DNA from: Laetmonice hystrix | Taxonomy: Eukaryota | Length of the DNA stretch: 64,000 nucleotides | Assembly (NCBI GenBank): GCA_965235115.1 | Contig: OZ249448.1 | Span: 22,320,001-22,384,000, forward strand | Direction: 5' to 3' | Shown: positions 1 to 25,507 of the stretch, piece by piece | Numbering within the stretch: position 1 is the stretch's first letter | Layout: each line of letters begins with the position of its first letter | Translations under genes and position numbers: made by a program | The notes under the pieces: generated by a model | The model's input: the letters and a program-made list of their open reading frames with translations, nothing else | The model's database searches: none | Told to the model about the DNA's origin: nothing

Positions 1-1285
1 ACAGGTCACGGCGTGTTGTCCGAGCGGGGGTGGGAAACGGCACCACGGTCCACCCCCGCGGGGGCAGACACCAACCCCGCCCCAATCCCCACCACAACCC
101 CAACCCCCACCCCAAACCGACCCAGTCATTGGAACAGACAATAAATACCCTGTCTGTCAGACCAGTGGTTTTCATATCATGACCTGATTCTAATCTAGTG
201 AGTGGCTGAGTGATGGTGCCAAGGTAACATTAAACAGTATACCTAGTGCTAGCCTAGAATTAGAAAGTAGAAGGCTACATTTATATATATAAATATATAT
301 ACCAGACATGCTTGACAGTCCACACAGCCCTCACTTGACTGATTTTACCTGCCATCATTTTTTAACTCAAGAAAATAAGACCATAGGGCTTACATATAGT
401 TTTGCCATAGCAAGGGCCTACATTTCAAATTTCTTTCTGCATGGCTGAATTCTGTCTTCATTTTAGTAAACTTGGGACCCATTGAACATGAATCTAGAAT
501 GGGGTACTATACGCCAAAACACACGGAAGGTGGCGCTTCCACCAACTAACTTAGCCATCCAAAAACGAGGATGCTATTGTAAAGGATAGGGTGGCTGCCA
601 TCAAGCCACGATTACACTTCTTTCGGGTCGTTTGTAATATTCAGACATCGTGAAAATTGCAGACATATGTCTCTTTTGTTTTCGACATCAAAAGATACCT
701 AATTTAAAAGATGACAAAAATTTTAAAAACCATTATTTGTATCAATGTTACCGGTTCGAGACTAGACCTATTATCAGAACCAATCAGCCTAGACTAGCGT
801 GACATTCAAAATGGCGGAGTTCCAGCTGTCACTTCAACTTTTGTAACTATTGGAATAACATTGGAATTCATGAAATACCCCTCGTACAGAACTGAAGACT
901 TGTCTATTATCTTTAGTCTACGCCCATAAGGTACTGTCGGCAGTGAGCAGGGACAATGTTTTGACCACGTGATTTGATTGTGCCGCAATATAGCCTAGAC
1001 GTCTAGGCTGCTAAAAGACCTTCAGTTCATCTATTCAGACTTAGGACAATCTTCTATGTCTCGATGTCGTGATGCTTCTTCTGTTAATGGTTGCTACTAT
1101 GCTCACAATCTGTGATAAGCTAACGTGTGGTTCAGCAGAGCCTCCAGCCAGGCTGAGCCAAGCCAACCAGGCCTACTGCATGGCGTAGTTGCTGACAGCG
1201 CCACCTGTCGGATTAGTTCTGAGAGTTCCCCATTCATATAGCAAGGTGTCCATCCTTTAATAAAGTTGTTTTTGTTTGTTTGCAG

Positions 1286-1961
1286 AGTAAGAACGGGAGT
1301 AAATCTGCTGGAGAGTACTGGTGGGAGGGATGACTCGGACAGTGATGAAGATGACCAGACAGAGCAACCAGCTGCAGGAGAACAACAGCAAAATGTCAGC
1401 CGTCTTCCAAACCCATTGGCAGCTCCTTCTAAGTTACCCTCCCCTGCCCTGGGCACAGAACTAAAGACACAGGCTCTTGGATCAGTGTTTGTGAACGCCT
1501 ACCAGAGGGCCGAGGAGGCCCGGCACTCCATTCTAGAGCAACACGTAAAGATGACAACAGGAGAAGTGCCCAAAGAGGCAGGAGGTGGTCGTAAGGTGTG
1601 CTGGAATTTCAGGAAAGGAAAATGTAGGTTTGGGCACAAATGTCGTTATGCTCATGACAGTGACCTCGTCCTGAATAAAACTGATGATGATGTGTCAGAC
1701 TCAAAAACAGAGGAAAATGGTGGGAACCCTGGAGTACAGTCTGAATTCCCTGGGAAACAGAGAGGTAGAGGGCATTATGGCACGTTGTCGTGGCAGCGAA
1801 ACCAAGCAGATGTACCTGAAGAGGATGATGATAGTTACATGGCTCAGGCCAAACGTAAGAAAAGAGCAGGTGTCACAGACCATCTTTTGCCACCAAAAAA
1901 AGCAATGCAGATGCTTGGGAAGCAGAGAGCAGAGGAAAGGCCATGGACAATGAATCGATAA
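1286..1961 (+). CDS. Terminal coding exon of an uncharacterised single-CCCH zinc-finger protein (5' exon not identified)
   Basis: Pyrimidine-rich acceptor tttgtttgtttgcag ends at 1285; open frame to TAA at 1961; CWNFRKGKCRFGHKCRYAH is a C-x7-C-x5-C-x3-H finger; acidic DDSDSDEDD N-terminal patch and basic KRKKRAG tail; AATAAA near 2725. Confidence 0.8.
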
Positions 1962-4454
1962 TGGCCTTATTTTTCTAACCAAGTGTGATCTATTGCAATA
2001 TTATTATTAATGCCACATATCTGAAGGATGCTGCAGTCAGACTGGACCAGTGACAGGCTTTGGTAAATCCTAAGTGACTGGTATCCTGGTAGACTCGGGT
2101 GTAAAGGATCAACAAGTTAGTGGGTGAGCTGTCCAGGACAATTAACTAGCTACAGTCAGTCTGAATCAGTGTAGCAAACAGTTGAGAGACACTTGCCATC
2201 CCAAAGTGACCAGGCCATGTCTGCTAATTTAACAATGAAATTGAAGAGCTCTGTTTTCAGCCTTCAAGGGTGTACCGGAACGGTGCCACAAAATCAATGC
2301 TTAAATTTGAAAAGGAGGAAAAAAAGAGGGAAATATGGTTATAATGATTACTTTCTAAGTGGCTTTAGTGTCCTTATGTTCTGTTGAAAAAGTGGCCATT
2401 TTGTCCAAGGCCATTCCCTAAGAAACATGCAATTCCTACAGTGAATCAGTGATGTTGTTGGTCAAACTTCACAAAGATAGATAAAAGGATACATTGATCA
2501 GTGAAGTATGACAGTTAGTAGGACAGGTTACATGGTCTTCACTCAATGATGTCCATGATCATGATGAGATATCTACTGGTAGTTGGTACCTAATACAGTC
2601 AGACTCGTGATGATGAAGTGATCCCTGTTTGGTCCAGTTCATTTGATTAAGTACAGAGAGATGTGACGGGTTGTGGATGAAATGTGGTGTGGTTTCTCAG
2701 GGTTGTTTAAAAAAGTGAATTACAATAAAAAGAATTCTATTAAGTGGCCACTAAGTGGCTTTATCTCATTGGACGAGTGGTCATATATTCTGATGTATAA
2801 CCAGAATAGGTGAGTTATGGCTGATGTAAAAAGGTTATTTGTAAAATTAAAAAAAAAAAAATTCATGTTGAAGTGGGCAGTACCACTATTATACGTGTGG
2901 TAATGAGGGATTTTCTGTTTTGATATTCCAAATCTGGTTCTATTTGTAATGGTGCTAGCTAAATACTGGTACTAACTGGTGGGCCAAGTTGTATGAACCC
3001 AGGACGTAAGATTGGCATGATCTGCAAATATCCGAGATCTGGAAGGACGTTTAGCATACATTAGTTGCGTTCCTACAGTAATCCATAACTTTACTGAAGT
3101 GGCTTTGTCTGTGGATAGTACACGTAGTGCCTTAAGTTTGCGCTCATAGAGAAAGATTTTAATATAAATTCTAAAGTTGTGATGATTTTGTAAAAAGTAC
3201 AAGAGCTGAAGGATAAAGAATAATAGAGAAATTACCAATAGTTGGTGTAACGATCATTCATCTTGCACCCCTAATATTTTAAGACTGCCCTTTTTATTTA
3301 CAACTATTTAAGTGTGTAATGCAAGAGAAAACAGCTACAAAATTCTGATCTCAAGTACCTCAGTACTGTTCTCGTTCAGCGAAGACAGGATTGAGTCCTT
3401 TCAGAATGCAGGAAATGTTTCAAATCCGTGTCACATGTTCAGTTAGGTCAGCCAGTTTGATATTTCTGACCCAATACATGAAAAGTCCGAAAAATAGGAC
3501 AGCTTAGTGCAATTAATGTATTTTTACTTAAATTGAAAAAAGACTTCCTGAAATGTGTATGTGACAGGGGTGAATTAAATTTTAAAACGAGATATTGAGT
3601 ACCACCACAGTGGTACGTTGCTTTGTATGATTCTGATATTCAGAACAAAACTTGTAGTGAATCACAGCCGTGGAATTCCCCTCACCGGCCTTACACTATG
3701 GCATTCCATCGTGAGGCAGCTGACGGGCACAGACAGTGTTGACAGCCATTACAATGAAGGGTCGATGAGAGCAAAGCCGAGCAGTGGTGACATAAAAAGA
3801 ACAGAAAAAATTCACTGTTGTTTTGTATTTTCATATTATTTTAAAAGATTCAGGTCATCACTGGTGCCATTGTTCCAATCAATTTTCAGAAACGTAATAC
3901 ACATGTATATAATATTTGCTGCGATGATATTACGTCCAAGATTAGGATGAAAGATTATGGGTTGATGTGGACGCCATCTAGCGAAGAGTTTCAGAATTTC
4001 TACGTCTGTTTATTTGTTTTGCACAACAGGTGGCGCCACTTTACAGAACCCAGCCAGCATCCTTGGTGATAAAGCATTATTACCACTATGTGCAGTGTTA
4101 CCAGAGGTTCACATCACTTTCCCCAATCATTAATGGAAAGAGGCGGGCTTCAAACGACGTTTGAAAGTCGTCCCTTTTTGAAGGCTGCGTGTGTGTGACC
4201 GTTTGAAGTGCGTCCCTTTTCACGTTGTTTACATCCGCTAGGTGGCGCGATTGAACACACCACTATCGCCCCACTTATCGCAGGGCATCCAAGATTTGAC
4301 GTCAACTGTTTACTCAGTGACGGAGCCTGGACTAGGCCTAAGTTGTTCATTTACATTCATTCAATCATGATGTCTGAGATAATCGCAGTGGTAATAATAG
4401 TAATAATATGATATTGCTGGGCGTTGTGCCCTCATTTGACGCCCTCAATTTTTT

Positions 4455-4525
4455 GTTTGAAGGCTGTCCTTTGGTTTGAAGCCCGAGCGAAGCGAGGGCT
4501 TCAAACCAAAGGACAGCCTTCAAAC
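4455..4525. repeat. 30-bp-arm inverted repeat within a ttcaaac-rich repeat element
   Basis: Perfect arms 4455-4484 and 4496-4525, loop gagcgaagcga. Confidence 0.85.
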
Positions 4526-4586
4526 CAAAAATGGCGGGCTTCAAATGAGCACAACGCCCAGCAAAATCATATTATTGTTATATTAA

Positions 4587-4734
4587 AGCGAGGGTCTCGT
4601 CCTTCAGCATTGTGCGATAGGCGGTCCACCCTAACGGTCGCTGTGCTATTTATAGATGTCAGGATCTATAAATAGCACAGCGACCGTTAGGGTGGACCGC
4701 CTATCGCACAATGCTGAAGGACAAGACCCTCGCT
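4587..4734. mobile_element. Palindromic 148-bp MITE with TTAA flanks and AG...CT ends (Kolobok-like)
   Basis: 71-bp arms with one mismatch, 6-nt loop gtcagg, TTAA at 4583-4586 and 4735-4738. Confidence 0.8.
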
Positions 4735-5501
4735 TTAAACAAAGAAAACTCTTTACCACCGAATCTAAATAATTAAAATTATATATCTTGTTAGCGGAAT
4801 AACTAAATTGCAGTAAACTGCAGAGTTTTACCCGAAAAAGATGAGAAAAACATAAATTTGATTGATTCTAGTGAACTAGAATCTTCACATTCCAATGATC
4901 TGTCAGGTCATTCTACCATTGTCCAAGAAATGATCTTGTGTAACTGAAGATTTAGTTTTTGTTGTAGATTTGAGATGAGAGGGTGTGTGAGGCGTGGTTA
5001 TCCACAAGGTTTGAAGGATTTTTCCATGAACGACCTGTTTTCATGGGGTATTCACAGAGGCAGCTATTTCTCTTCACTTGTTAGGATAAAACATGAGTTT
5101 AACCTAAATAAAATGTCAGTTTTCCCCGAAAATTGTACGGAATTGTATTTTTACTCACTCTAAGCTGAATGTTAGGTACATCGTCCATGCTAACTTAAAC
5201 CCCACGAAATTTGGTCGAATTTAAAGATCCATAGCCCGACCTTATCCCTAACCCCTGTCCCTACACCTCCCAAAAACATATCCCTATCCCGACCTCAGCC
5301 CGACCCCCTGCCCAAAAGCTTTGTGGGGGAATAAGTTATAAAATTATAACTAAATAATGGAAAATATAAGATTTCAGTGACTAGATCTAGATACAAATGT
5401 AGATTCTTGGAAGGAATGAGAAATGTCCGTTTGCGATCGCAGCGCCATGCAGTGATCTGCGCTAGAACTACACCTTTTCTCAAACGTCATCTACCGCACA
5501 T

Positions 5502-5515
5502 CCACCAGGTGGCAC
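5502..5515 (+). promoter_or_regulatory. CTCF consensus motif
   Basis: CCACCAGGTGGCAC; motif match only. Confidence 0.45.
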
Positions 5516-5895
5516 TGCGGTAGAGAAGTGCGCTACTACATGGGCAAGCAGGGGTGGGCCATGGTAAATTGTCTCTTAGAGTCGGCTCAAACCTTTTCAT
5601 GACCGACTTTATCCCAGACTCTGTTTACATCCCATCAACCCACTCATGTCTACGCTGAATTGTTTTTTTTTTTTCATGAATAAACAAAACGGGTTACCAA
5701 TTTCCCCTGACCTTTTTATTGTTTAATTACAGCACAGATTCACATCGAGCAATATGAAGCATATCTCTGTGATCGATTCATCTTCACCTGACCCCTCAGG
5801 CATAGTTTGCTAACGATATGATATGTCGAGTAATTACGTGACCACACCAGCCGCGCTCTCAGAATTATTAATACGTTTGTATACAGCTGTATAGG

Positions 5896-6050
5896 CCTAC
5901 GATTGTATACCGGCGTATACGATTGTCTACAGGTGTATACGATTGTCTACAGGTGTATACCATTGTCTACAGGTTTATACCATTGTCTACAGGTGTATAC
6001 CATTGTCTACAGGTGTATACCATTGTATGCAGGTGTAGTATACCATTGTA
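5896..6050. repeat. 20-bp minisatellite (gtatac(c/g)attgtctacagg t-type)
   Basis: About 7 copies, degenerate flanks. Confidence 0.9.
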
Positions 6051-6361
6051 TACGTTTGTATATAGGTGTATACGTTTATATACAGGTACATGTTAGTCCG
6101 AACCAAACACGCTTCCCTGAACGTTGCCTTGTGTCGGGGAGGACAGTCATTGTCATGTACGTGCACCAACATGATGAAGATCACCTTCTGTCATTAAAAT
6201 ACCAGTATTTTAAAACGTCAAAAGTTTTAGGTCTTGCCAAACACAAACTAGCATAGATCATCTATCAACGTTATAAACCTAAAAAATTACACTGTGAAAG
6301 TTCGCTGCCCTTTGGCTGCAGAGAGCCCCTTGTCTTTCCAGCTTTTCTGAATTATACATTT

Positions 6362-6532
6362 GATAAAATCACTGTACTAACAGTTACCCCATGTTTGCTT
6401 ACGAAGTACGGAATATAACCTAGCCTTGGTTGGCCATACCACATGAGGGCGAAGCCCGAATGTGGTATGGCCAACCAAGGCTAGGTTATATTCCGTACTT
6501 CGTAAAAGCAAACATGGGGCAACGATTTTATC
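6362..6532. mobile_element. Foldback MITE
   Basis: About 57-bp arms 6387-6443 and 6461-6519, outer gataaaatc/gattttatc, loop contains gggcgaagccc. Confidence 0.8.
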
Positions 6533-9500
6533 ACAGTTCCAGTCCTCACATTAGATTAGATGTAGTCATTAAATTCGGCAAAACGCCTTTTTGAAGTTTT
6601 GCAGTCATTTGCTGCCATCGCATGGCAGTGTTGGTGTCACACTGTGGCCACAGGCACAGTGTGACGTCACAGTATCGGCGCTGCAGCCAAAACGGTAGGA
6701 TAGAAAAATGACCTGTTTGACCGGCAGATGGCGCGACGACTACTACTATAGGATGGCCCATCCTACCCGTTTGGTGCGATGTCACCGAGTACGGCTTCAT
6801 ATCGCGTGGGCCTGGACCAATCAGAAAGCGGCATTGTTACTGGAACTGTGATAAACTTTAAACCATACCATGTACTATCTCCATGATCATCATCTTCTGA
6901 TTCTCCAAAAATTATCAAACAACAAAATTGGTCATGAAGGTCAGATCTTCGAGACGACCCACTATTTCGTAATGACATGTCATTCGGGCCTGGCAGGACT
7001 CAGTGATCTAGAATGTCTGCTTGTGAAGGACATTGAAGGACTCAGCCATGACCAACATGCCATCTAAGTACACATTGGTACAAAAGTACTCGTTATTATT
7101 ATTTGTTTGTTTGCACGAAGGCGATATGTTTTATACTCCATCTTAACAATCTCGGATACACGAAGCGGAGTTTGATTTGTTGGATCAATATTGCAAAAAA
7201 AAATAAAATAGCATAGAACACCAGGTTAGAAAAAAATAAACTAAACCAGGAATCAATCATGGTAAGGATTAGCAGACAAGCACATGTCTGGTAAATCTCA
7301 GGGTTTTTTTCTATTAGACATGTAACCTGGCTGATGGGTGTCGGGTGTGGGGGTGGGGTGGGGAACTGGCTCAAAATGGTTATCACTTCATATTCACCGT
7401 CATGTCACGTATACTTAACGCATTATTTGTGTCTATTGCCGTTACAAACCTTATCTTATCCTTAACATCAAGAGAACAACTCTATATGTTCATCCATGTA
7501 GACCTTGAACATCGCATGTTCATAACTATATTTAATACCATCATTAAGACAACCCTTATCAACTACATACTAGAACTACCTTCTTTAAAGACAGTAAAGC
7601 TTTACAAAAGACAAACCGAATCAAAACTTATCCTTCGCTATTTGGTTAACCTTTCACCTAAATAAAATAGAAAGAAGTAAGAAAACGAAATTAAAGTTCA
7701 AATGAAAATAAAATGAGCTGCATAGCCATGACCCTAATACAAACTACAGCGCAGCTTTTAGTTTTACAGTTACAAAATGGACAACAAATCACAAAGAATA
7801 AAACGACTCTTTACCGTCCTTTCATAGACTGGACCCTTCTCCTCAGTCCAACTCGGGCGTTAAGGACGAGCTGCTGCCATGGTTACTGCCAAGATGTCTG
7901 CCAGTCCCACCATAGAGCAGTGCCTCGCCCCAACACATAGCTGCCGTGGGCTTTACGAGGTGCAACATGCCCCTGTTGCTTCTCAGAAAATATGACCTCT
8001 CCTCGTGTATCCAAAGTTGTAACCAATGGTAACCGCACCTACCTCGGGGCAACCAACTCCCTAGTAACATAACCATCGCCCTACCCCACCCATCCCCCTA
8101 CACTCAGTTTAAAAAAATGACAAGATGAAATAACAGTGGGAAACATCAAATCAAAATTTGTTTAAATTCTTTTTAATTCTTTTGCTGGTGGTCTGACGAC
8201 TGAGTTGCCCGCTTTGAAAATTTGGTTCCATGGAATACATTTTTCAACACGTGGTGACCACAAATATCACTTGAACAGACTTGAAGAGGCAAGTCAAAAA
8301 CCAAAAGTATTCTCAATGGGCTTTCCTCCAATGTCCATTGCCATACATACAAACAGATAAGTTTATCCTGTGCTTCCCTTCAATGTCCCTTGCCATACAT
8401 ACATACTAACTACGTAACAATAAACACATATACCTTGGTAATAAAAACCTACCCCTACAAAACAAAATCAACCTCTTTAGGATTATCATGCAAGTAGATG
8501 AAAGTTTCAACAAATACTTAGTTACAGGTCTTAGATATGCCCATGTTCAGATCAACACACCCTCAATCAAAAGAAAGAAAGAAAAATAAACCTTTTTATC
8601 CACAACCCTAAATATTCAGAGTTTTAAACTCTTTTCGTAACCATATACCCCGGTAGATGTGTAAACAGGTACAACTCAGTCTGGAGATATCTGTAGATTT
8701 GTCTTACAAAGAAAGATATACTAAATATCAATGTTTGAGTCTCCCAGATCACACTTCCCTGACTAGCAGCTTCTAACGGCGACCACTGCCTAGCCTGCCG
8801 GGGCTGCCCGGCCCAACACTCAATACATCAAGACACCTACTGCAAACAAAATTGTGTGTAGTACTTGGATGGCGCATGAGAAACTGTTGTCTTCTCAAGT
8901 TGGAAGCATACCTGCCACATTTGTAATTGCATGCAAAAGAAATTCTTCTAAACACTCGTATTTAGTTGAATGAACAAAGACTTTGGTCTTTCTATTTGAG
9001 AGACTTGTCTGAAGGTATCCAGTATAATTATAAAAGTTAATACAGCAAGCTGTCTCCTTGCTATATGTCACATGTTCGCAAAATAAAATTCAAAAACATT
9101 TTACGGAAAGGAATGAGAACAAAACTCGGAATGTGAAAACACGACCACAAATTGTTTTATATAAAAAAGAATCACAGATTCTTGGCAGGTACCATGCTCT
9201 AAGTTAGTAGATAGTAACATGGATTTAATTACAGGAAGCATATAATTGTATTAGAGAGCTTTCCTTCGCCATACTCAATATTAAACCCACTTCTGTTACC
9301 TCGTCAGGTGATCAAGTGATTACGTCGGCCGTCAGCAAACCCACCACAGACCTGTCGGTGCTGCCATCTATGTCACAACACTTGTACTACTACACCCCGC
9401 TCCCCTGCCTCTTGTGGGGTTCACTCAGACCAGATTCAGAATCCTTTGTAAACGTCAATGAGTTAATAGTACACCTGGCAAGATTAAACCAGGAGTTTCA

Positions 9501-10447
9501 CTAATAGTTAAAACAGGCTAAAAGAAACTATCCCTGCAGTTACAAAATAGTGTAGGGAGCCTGGACATGCTAATACTTAGAGTTTGGACGCGGCTCGTCT
9601 AATGGGCGACTCGTCAAAATCGGAAAACTCGGAAAATTACAAGACTTCCTGAAATCGTAGAATGTTTAAATTTCATAAAAATTACAGCTACTGCATCGTT
9701 ACACAGATTAGAACTTTGTCGTCCTATCCAAACCAATACTATAATGTGCTACAGCGGGGGACCGGCACGACAGTGCTGCCGCCACGCGGATCTGTCTGGA
9801 ATGCCCCGTTACCCATGCGTCTCGAGTCTCCCATTTGATTTCAAACACAATTATTGTTTTTGTGCTTTGTATAGTATAGTTCATAGAAGGTGCCCTTTCT
9901 CACCTTACCATCATAATTATACTTACCCTTGGGCCAATCCACACCTTTCAGATCTGGCCACTCCTTCGTGTCACCATCAACTCTGGAGTTTTATATCCAG
10001 TGACGTAATATGTGAATAGTATACATCTATTCATACTCACTCCGTTTAGGAGTTATTTGCGTAGCTTATCATTGATTTGATATTGTGCATTTCAACCCAA
10101 GCCTTTGCTGACTCACTAGCCTGTGGTCCACATTAAACATTACCATACTCATGGAGACTTTTTTTAAACATCAATTTTCCTCTTTTTTCTTTCTTATTTG
10201 TTTTATATTTTTTGGTCACCACGTTCAATGATTTCCAGCAATTACCGACTTTAAGCAAGCTCTGAATTATAAAAAAAATGATCCTAAGCAGTGTTATACC
10301 ATATAAAATTTTGTTAAGTACCATTTGCCATCCATGGGTAGACGAGTGACAACAGTGATACTATCAGACCCACTGTTGTCAAGGCCTACGGTTACCAAGG
10401 TGCTCGCCGTCGTGCGATCCATATTACAAACGTTGTCTCTCCCCGCC

Positions 10448-22469
<12,022 letters not shown>

Positions 22470-22700
22470 GTTGACTGGTTGGCGTCGTCTTGTGTCGACG
22501 GAATAACGCGGTGCTGGAGGTGCGGCTCTATATAACATTCTGATTGGTCGAGAATGTGGGCGCTGTCGATCGCTCGCTGAGGCCAATGGGTGACCCAGTT
22601 TCTTGTGACCTAGAAACCGTTTCCAAGTAACCTCCAAGACGCCCGGTGGTGGCGCTGTTGTTGCTAGGTCTGGGAAGCGCATCCTAGCAACGCGTTCTTA

Positions 22701-22830
22701 CTGTATTTTTCTTTTGAAATGCACGGGCATCAGGGGTAACCCAATTACTTTGACAATGTCCCTAAAGAGAAAAGTTGTATAGTCCTCTACAGGAATCGAA
22801 CCCAGACCCTAAGATTACTGCACCCATTCG
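22701..22830 (-). mobile_element. tRNA-derived SINE fragment
   Basis: B box GGTTCGATTCC on minus; homologous to 25920-26030. Confidence 0.62.
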
Positions 22831-22978
22831 CATGTGTGTCAGTTAGACTTATTGTCCAGATTAAGTACAGATTTTGTTGGGTTTTGTGCATTGTGAGATA
22901 CAAAAATGGATAAGTTCGATAAATGGATTATCCCTGGGCTGAAAAAGTACCTACACTACAGGAGCGTGGAGTTGCTAG

Positions 22979-23340
22979 TAATTGGCTGCTGTTTAACATA
23001 AAGGAGCGGTTATTGTACAAGAACATGAACTATGTGTAGGCCTAAGCTGTTTTGAAGACGAATTCCCCTGATGACGTCATCAGGGGCAATGGTAAAGGAT
23101 AGGCGGGAGTGAGTACATTTAAAGTGCAACTGACATCACATAGGTAACTTTACTGATCTAGATAGATCACTTTGAGTTGTAGACGTGTCCCTCATAGGTT
23201 TTCTGGGAAGTCCTCTCAATTTAGAAAAATATTGACAATTTGAATCACGTGCCTCATCACAGTCTCACTCCCGCCTATCCTTTACCATTGCCCCTGATGA
23301 CGTCATCAGGGGAATTCGTCTTCAAAACAGCAGCCAATTA
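22979..23340. mobile_element. MITE with long TIRs, each holding the palindrome cccctgatgacgtcatcagggg
   Basis: Arms 23046-23113 and 23264-23331, extendable to taattggctgctgttt; TA at both ends; left arm has a 51-nt insert between gctgttt duplicates. Confidence 0.78.
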
Positions 23341-25507
23341 CATGTATCATCAAGATCTGGCACTAAATTTCATGCTAATTTTGATGTCTGTTGGACTTGA
23401 AGGGGATCGCTGTCTGACAGTTGATGGCACGTTTGCGGACTAGAGTAATGGTACTCATTCATGGTATTTAAAGAAAATAACAGATGAATCAGAGAAACTG
23501 TAGGCCCTATCCTAGTTGCATTCAGAAAGACCCAATCAGTTGGAATTCTGCTCCAGGATTTGCAAGGGTGGCCAGCCCTGAGAGGGGCACTGGAAGCAGA
23601 CCTTTAAAGTTATGACAACACTTCGTTCTGTTGAGACAGGGTGTGGCGTCTATAATAGTTGTTGTTAAAAGAACAGTAGGCCTACTCTTTGGTTATTAAT
23701 AAAATGAGCCCCCTGAGGCAAACAATGAGGGAGGTGTGAACCATACAAGGAGGAGGGTCGGGTGCATGACTTGTTAAAGGGGCATATTATGAGGAAACAT
23801 TAAAAATCGGTATTTCATAGAACTTTTGCTGTTTTTATAAAGAGATCCTTCATTAAAATTGCTTGGTAAACAAAGACAGACTTATCAGTTTCATTTTGCG
23901 TGAGAAATCGAAGTTTATTAAGCTCCCTTGCCCGCTTCTCTGCCGATTTCGTAAAATATTTGTTGGGTGGCATTCTGATGCCGGGCGATCGAGTGCCACT
24001 GCTGAATTGTTTACAACTAAGCAAAGCACGTGACTAAGCACATGCAGAGAGTGCACACACAGGATGTGACACAGTATGCAATTACACGGGTTGATGGGAG
24101 GTTGTCCGCTAAATTATGGTGGGAGATGTGCTATCGGGAGAAATCTATAGGTTTGGTCGTATAGAACCTACTTGTGCTGCATACGCAGCGAAAACACGTC
24201 GGAGGACAAAATGCTGCGGTAGGATTATTTACTTGGATCCCTAGTACACGGTCATGTTGGATAATTGCCGGAAATCCTCAAAAACGTGTTTCATAGCATG
24301 CCCCTTTAAGTGTGGCGCAAACAATGACACATTGAGATGTGTCACAAGATTGACTCAACACAGCGAACAGTCCCAGAAAAGAGAGAAATCCTTCTTTTGG
24401 AGGGCATTCTGTTATTATTTATTTCTTGCCGTAGCCGCTTTTCTTGCGGCCCATAGGCCTATTGTGAGTGCCTAGATCTGTGCCTAATTAGCCTACCTAA
24501 TAAACAAATAATTATAAACAAGCAGAACTAAAAAAATAGCAGGCCTAGGACTAAATAAAATATCGGGTATTTAAAAAAAAAATTATTATAGCCTAAGTGC
24601 CCCAGGTTCTGATACATGTAATTTAGACAACTAGGTAATTAAATCACACACTGAATTAGTCTAGTAGGCATAGGCGTAGTCTGGGCCTATAGTTTCATGA
24701 CCACAACATAAGAAAGGCAGCTAGGCCTATAGGCTAAGGCATAGCCTATAGGTAACGGTCGACTATAGGACTTATATTAGCTTAGTAGGCCTATAGACTA
24801 TGGACTCTATCAGAGTCAAACAGCTAGGTGCAATGATTATAAGTTCCTCTCGATATATACTGTTTATATTGGAGATCTAATATAATGGTAAGATGACGAA
24901 TCGACACCGGACATGGGCGATCCCTCATTTCGCCCCAAGGGATCGCCGGCCCAGATTTAATGATGTCAAACTGCTTTGAGTGACAGCGACCAACAACGAC
25001 CGAGACGGGAGGGATGGGGGGGGGGGGGGGGGGGGGGGGGCTGCATGCACTTCTAAAGGCCTAGACCTTAGGTCTACCTCGATTAGCCGATAGGCTACAT
25101 GTTGACTGGCCATGGCATTTTTTTTTATTTCACTTTTCAGCACCCTGACAGGTATCGGTTTGACATAAAGTTAGGCCTATAGGCCTACCTTGTAGGTAGT
25201 CTACTTCAGTACGTTTTCGCCTGGAGGCTAGTTTATTGGTACCATAGAACTTCTTACGCCACCTAGTGACCTCTGTCAAAACTAGAAGACCGGAGGCGAA
25301 AACGTTGGCCTTTTTTGTAACCACGTTCAAACGATTAGGCCCCTACTATTTTTTGCGTTTGTAATGAGGTTCTGAAAAAAAGTATGAGGTAATATGATTA
25401 GTTAACGCGAGAATGTTGACAAGCGACTATAATGTCAATCTAAAGATTCTCCGACTTTTCCCGTTAAAGTCTGTGGTGAAAACATCTCAATGAAACCAAA
25501 GTAGGCT

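Noticed and set aside
808-845. caaaATGGCGG as the start of the CCCH gene
   Set aside because: Stops after 11 codons; nearby donors give no open frame into 1286; lies within cagcctagac/gtctaggctg inverted ends of a probable MITE.
7713-8076. GC-richer patch with short ORFs on both strands
   Set aside because: No recognisable domain in any frame; probably an old repeat fragment.
8773-8955. Cys/His-containing minus ORF as a zinc finger
   Set aside because: Spacing fits no finger class I recognise and there is no splice support.
22780-22830. Functional tRNA genes (also 36858-36920, 42850-42910, 46640-46713)
   Set aside because: Only A/B-box remnants without a complete cloverleaf; treated as SINE heads.
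25016-25041. Long poly-G/C runs throughout the window as a separate system
   Set aside because: Mostly internal to the CAGTGGCGG MITE family, and homopolymer lengths are error-prone.
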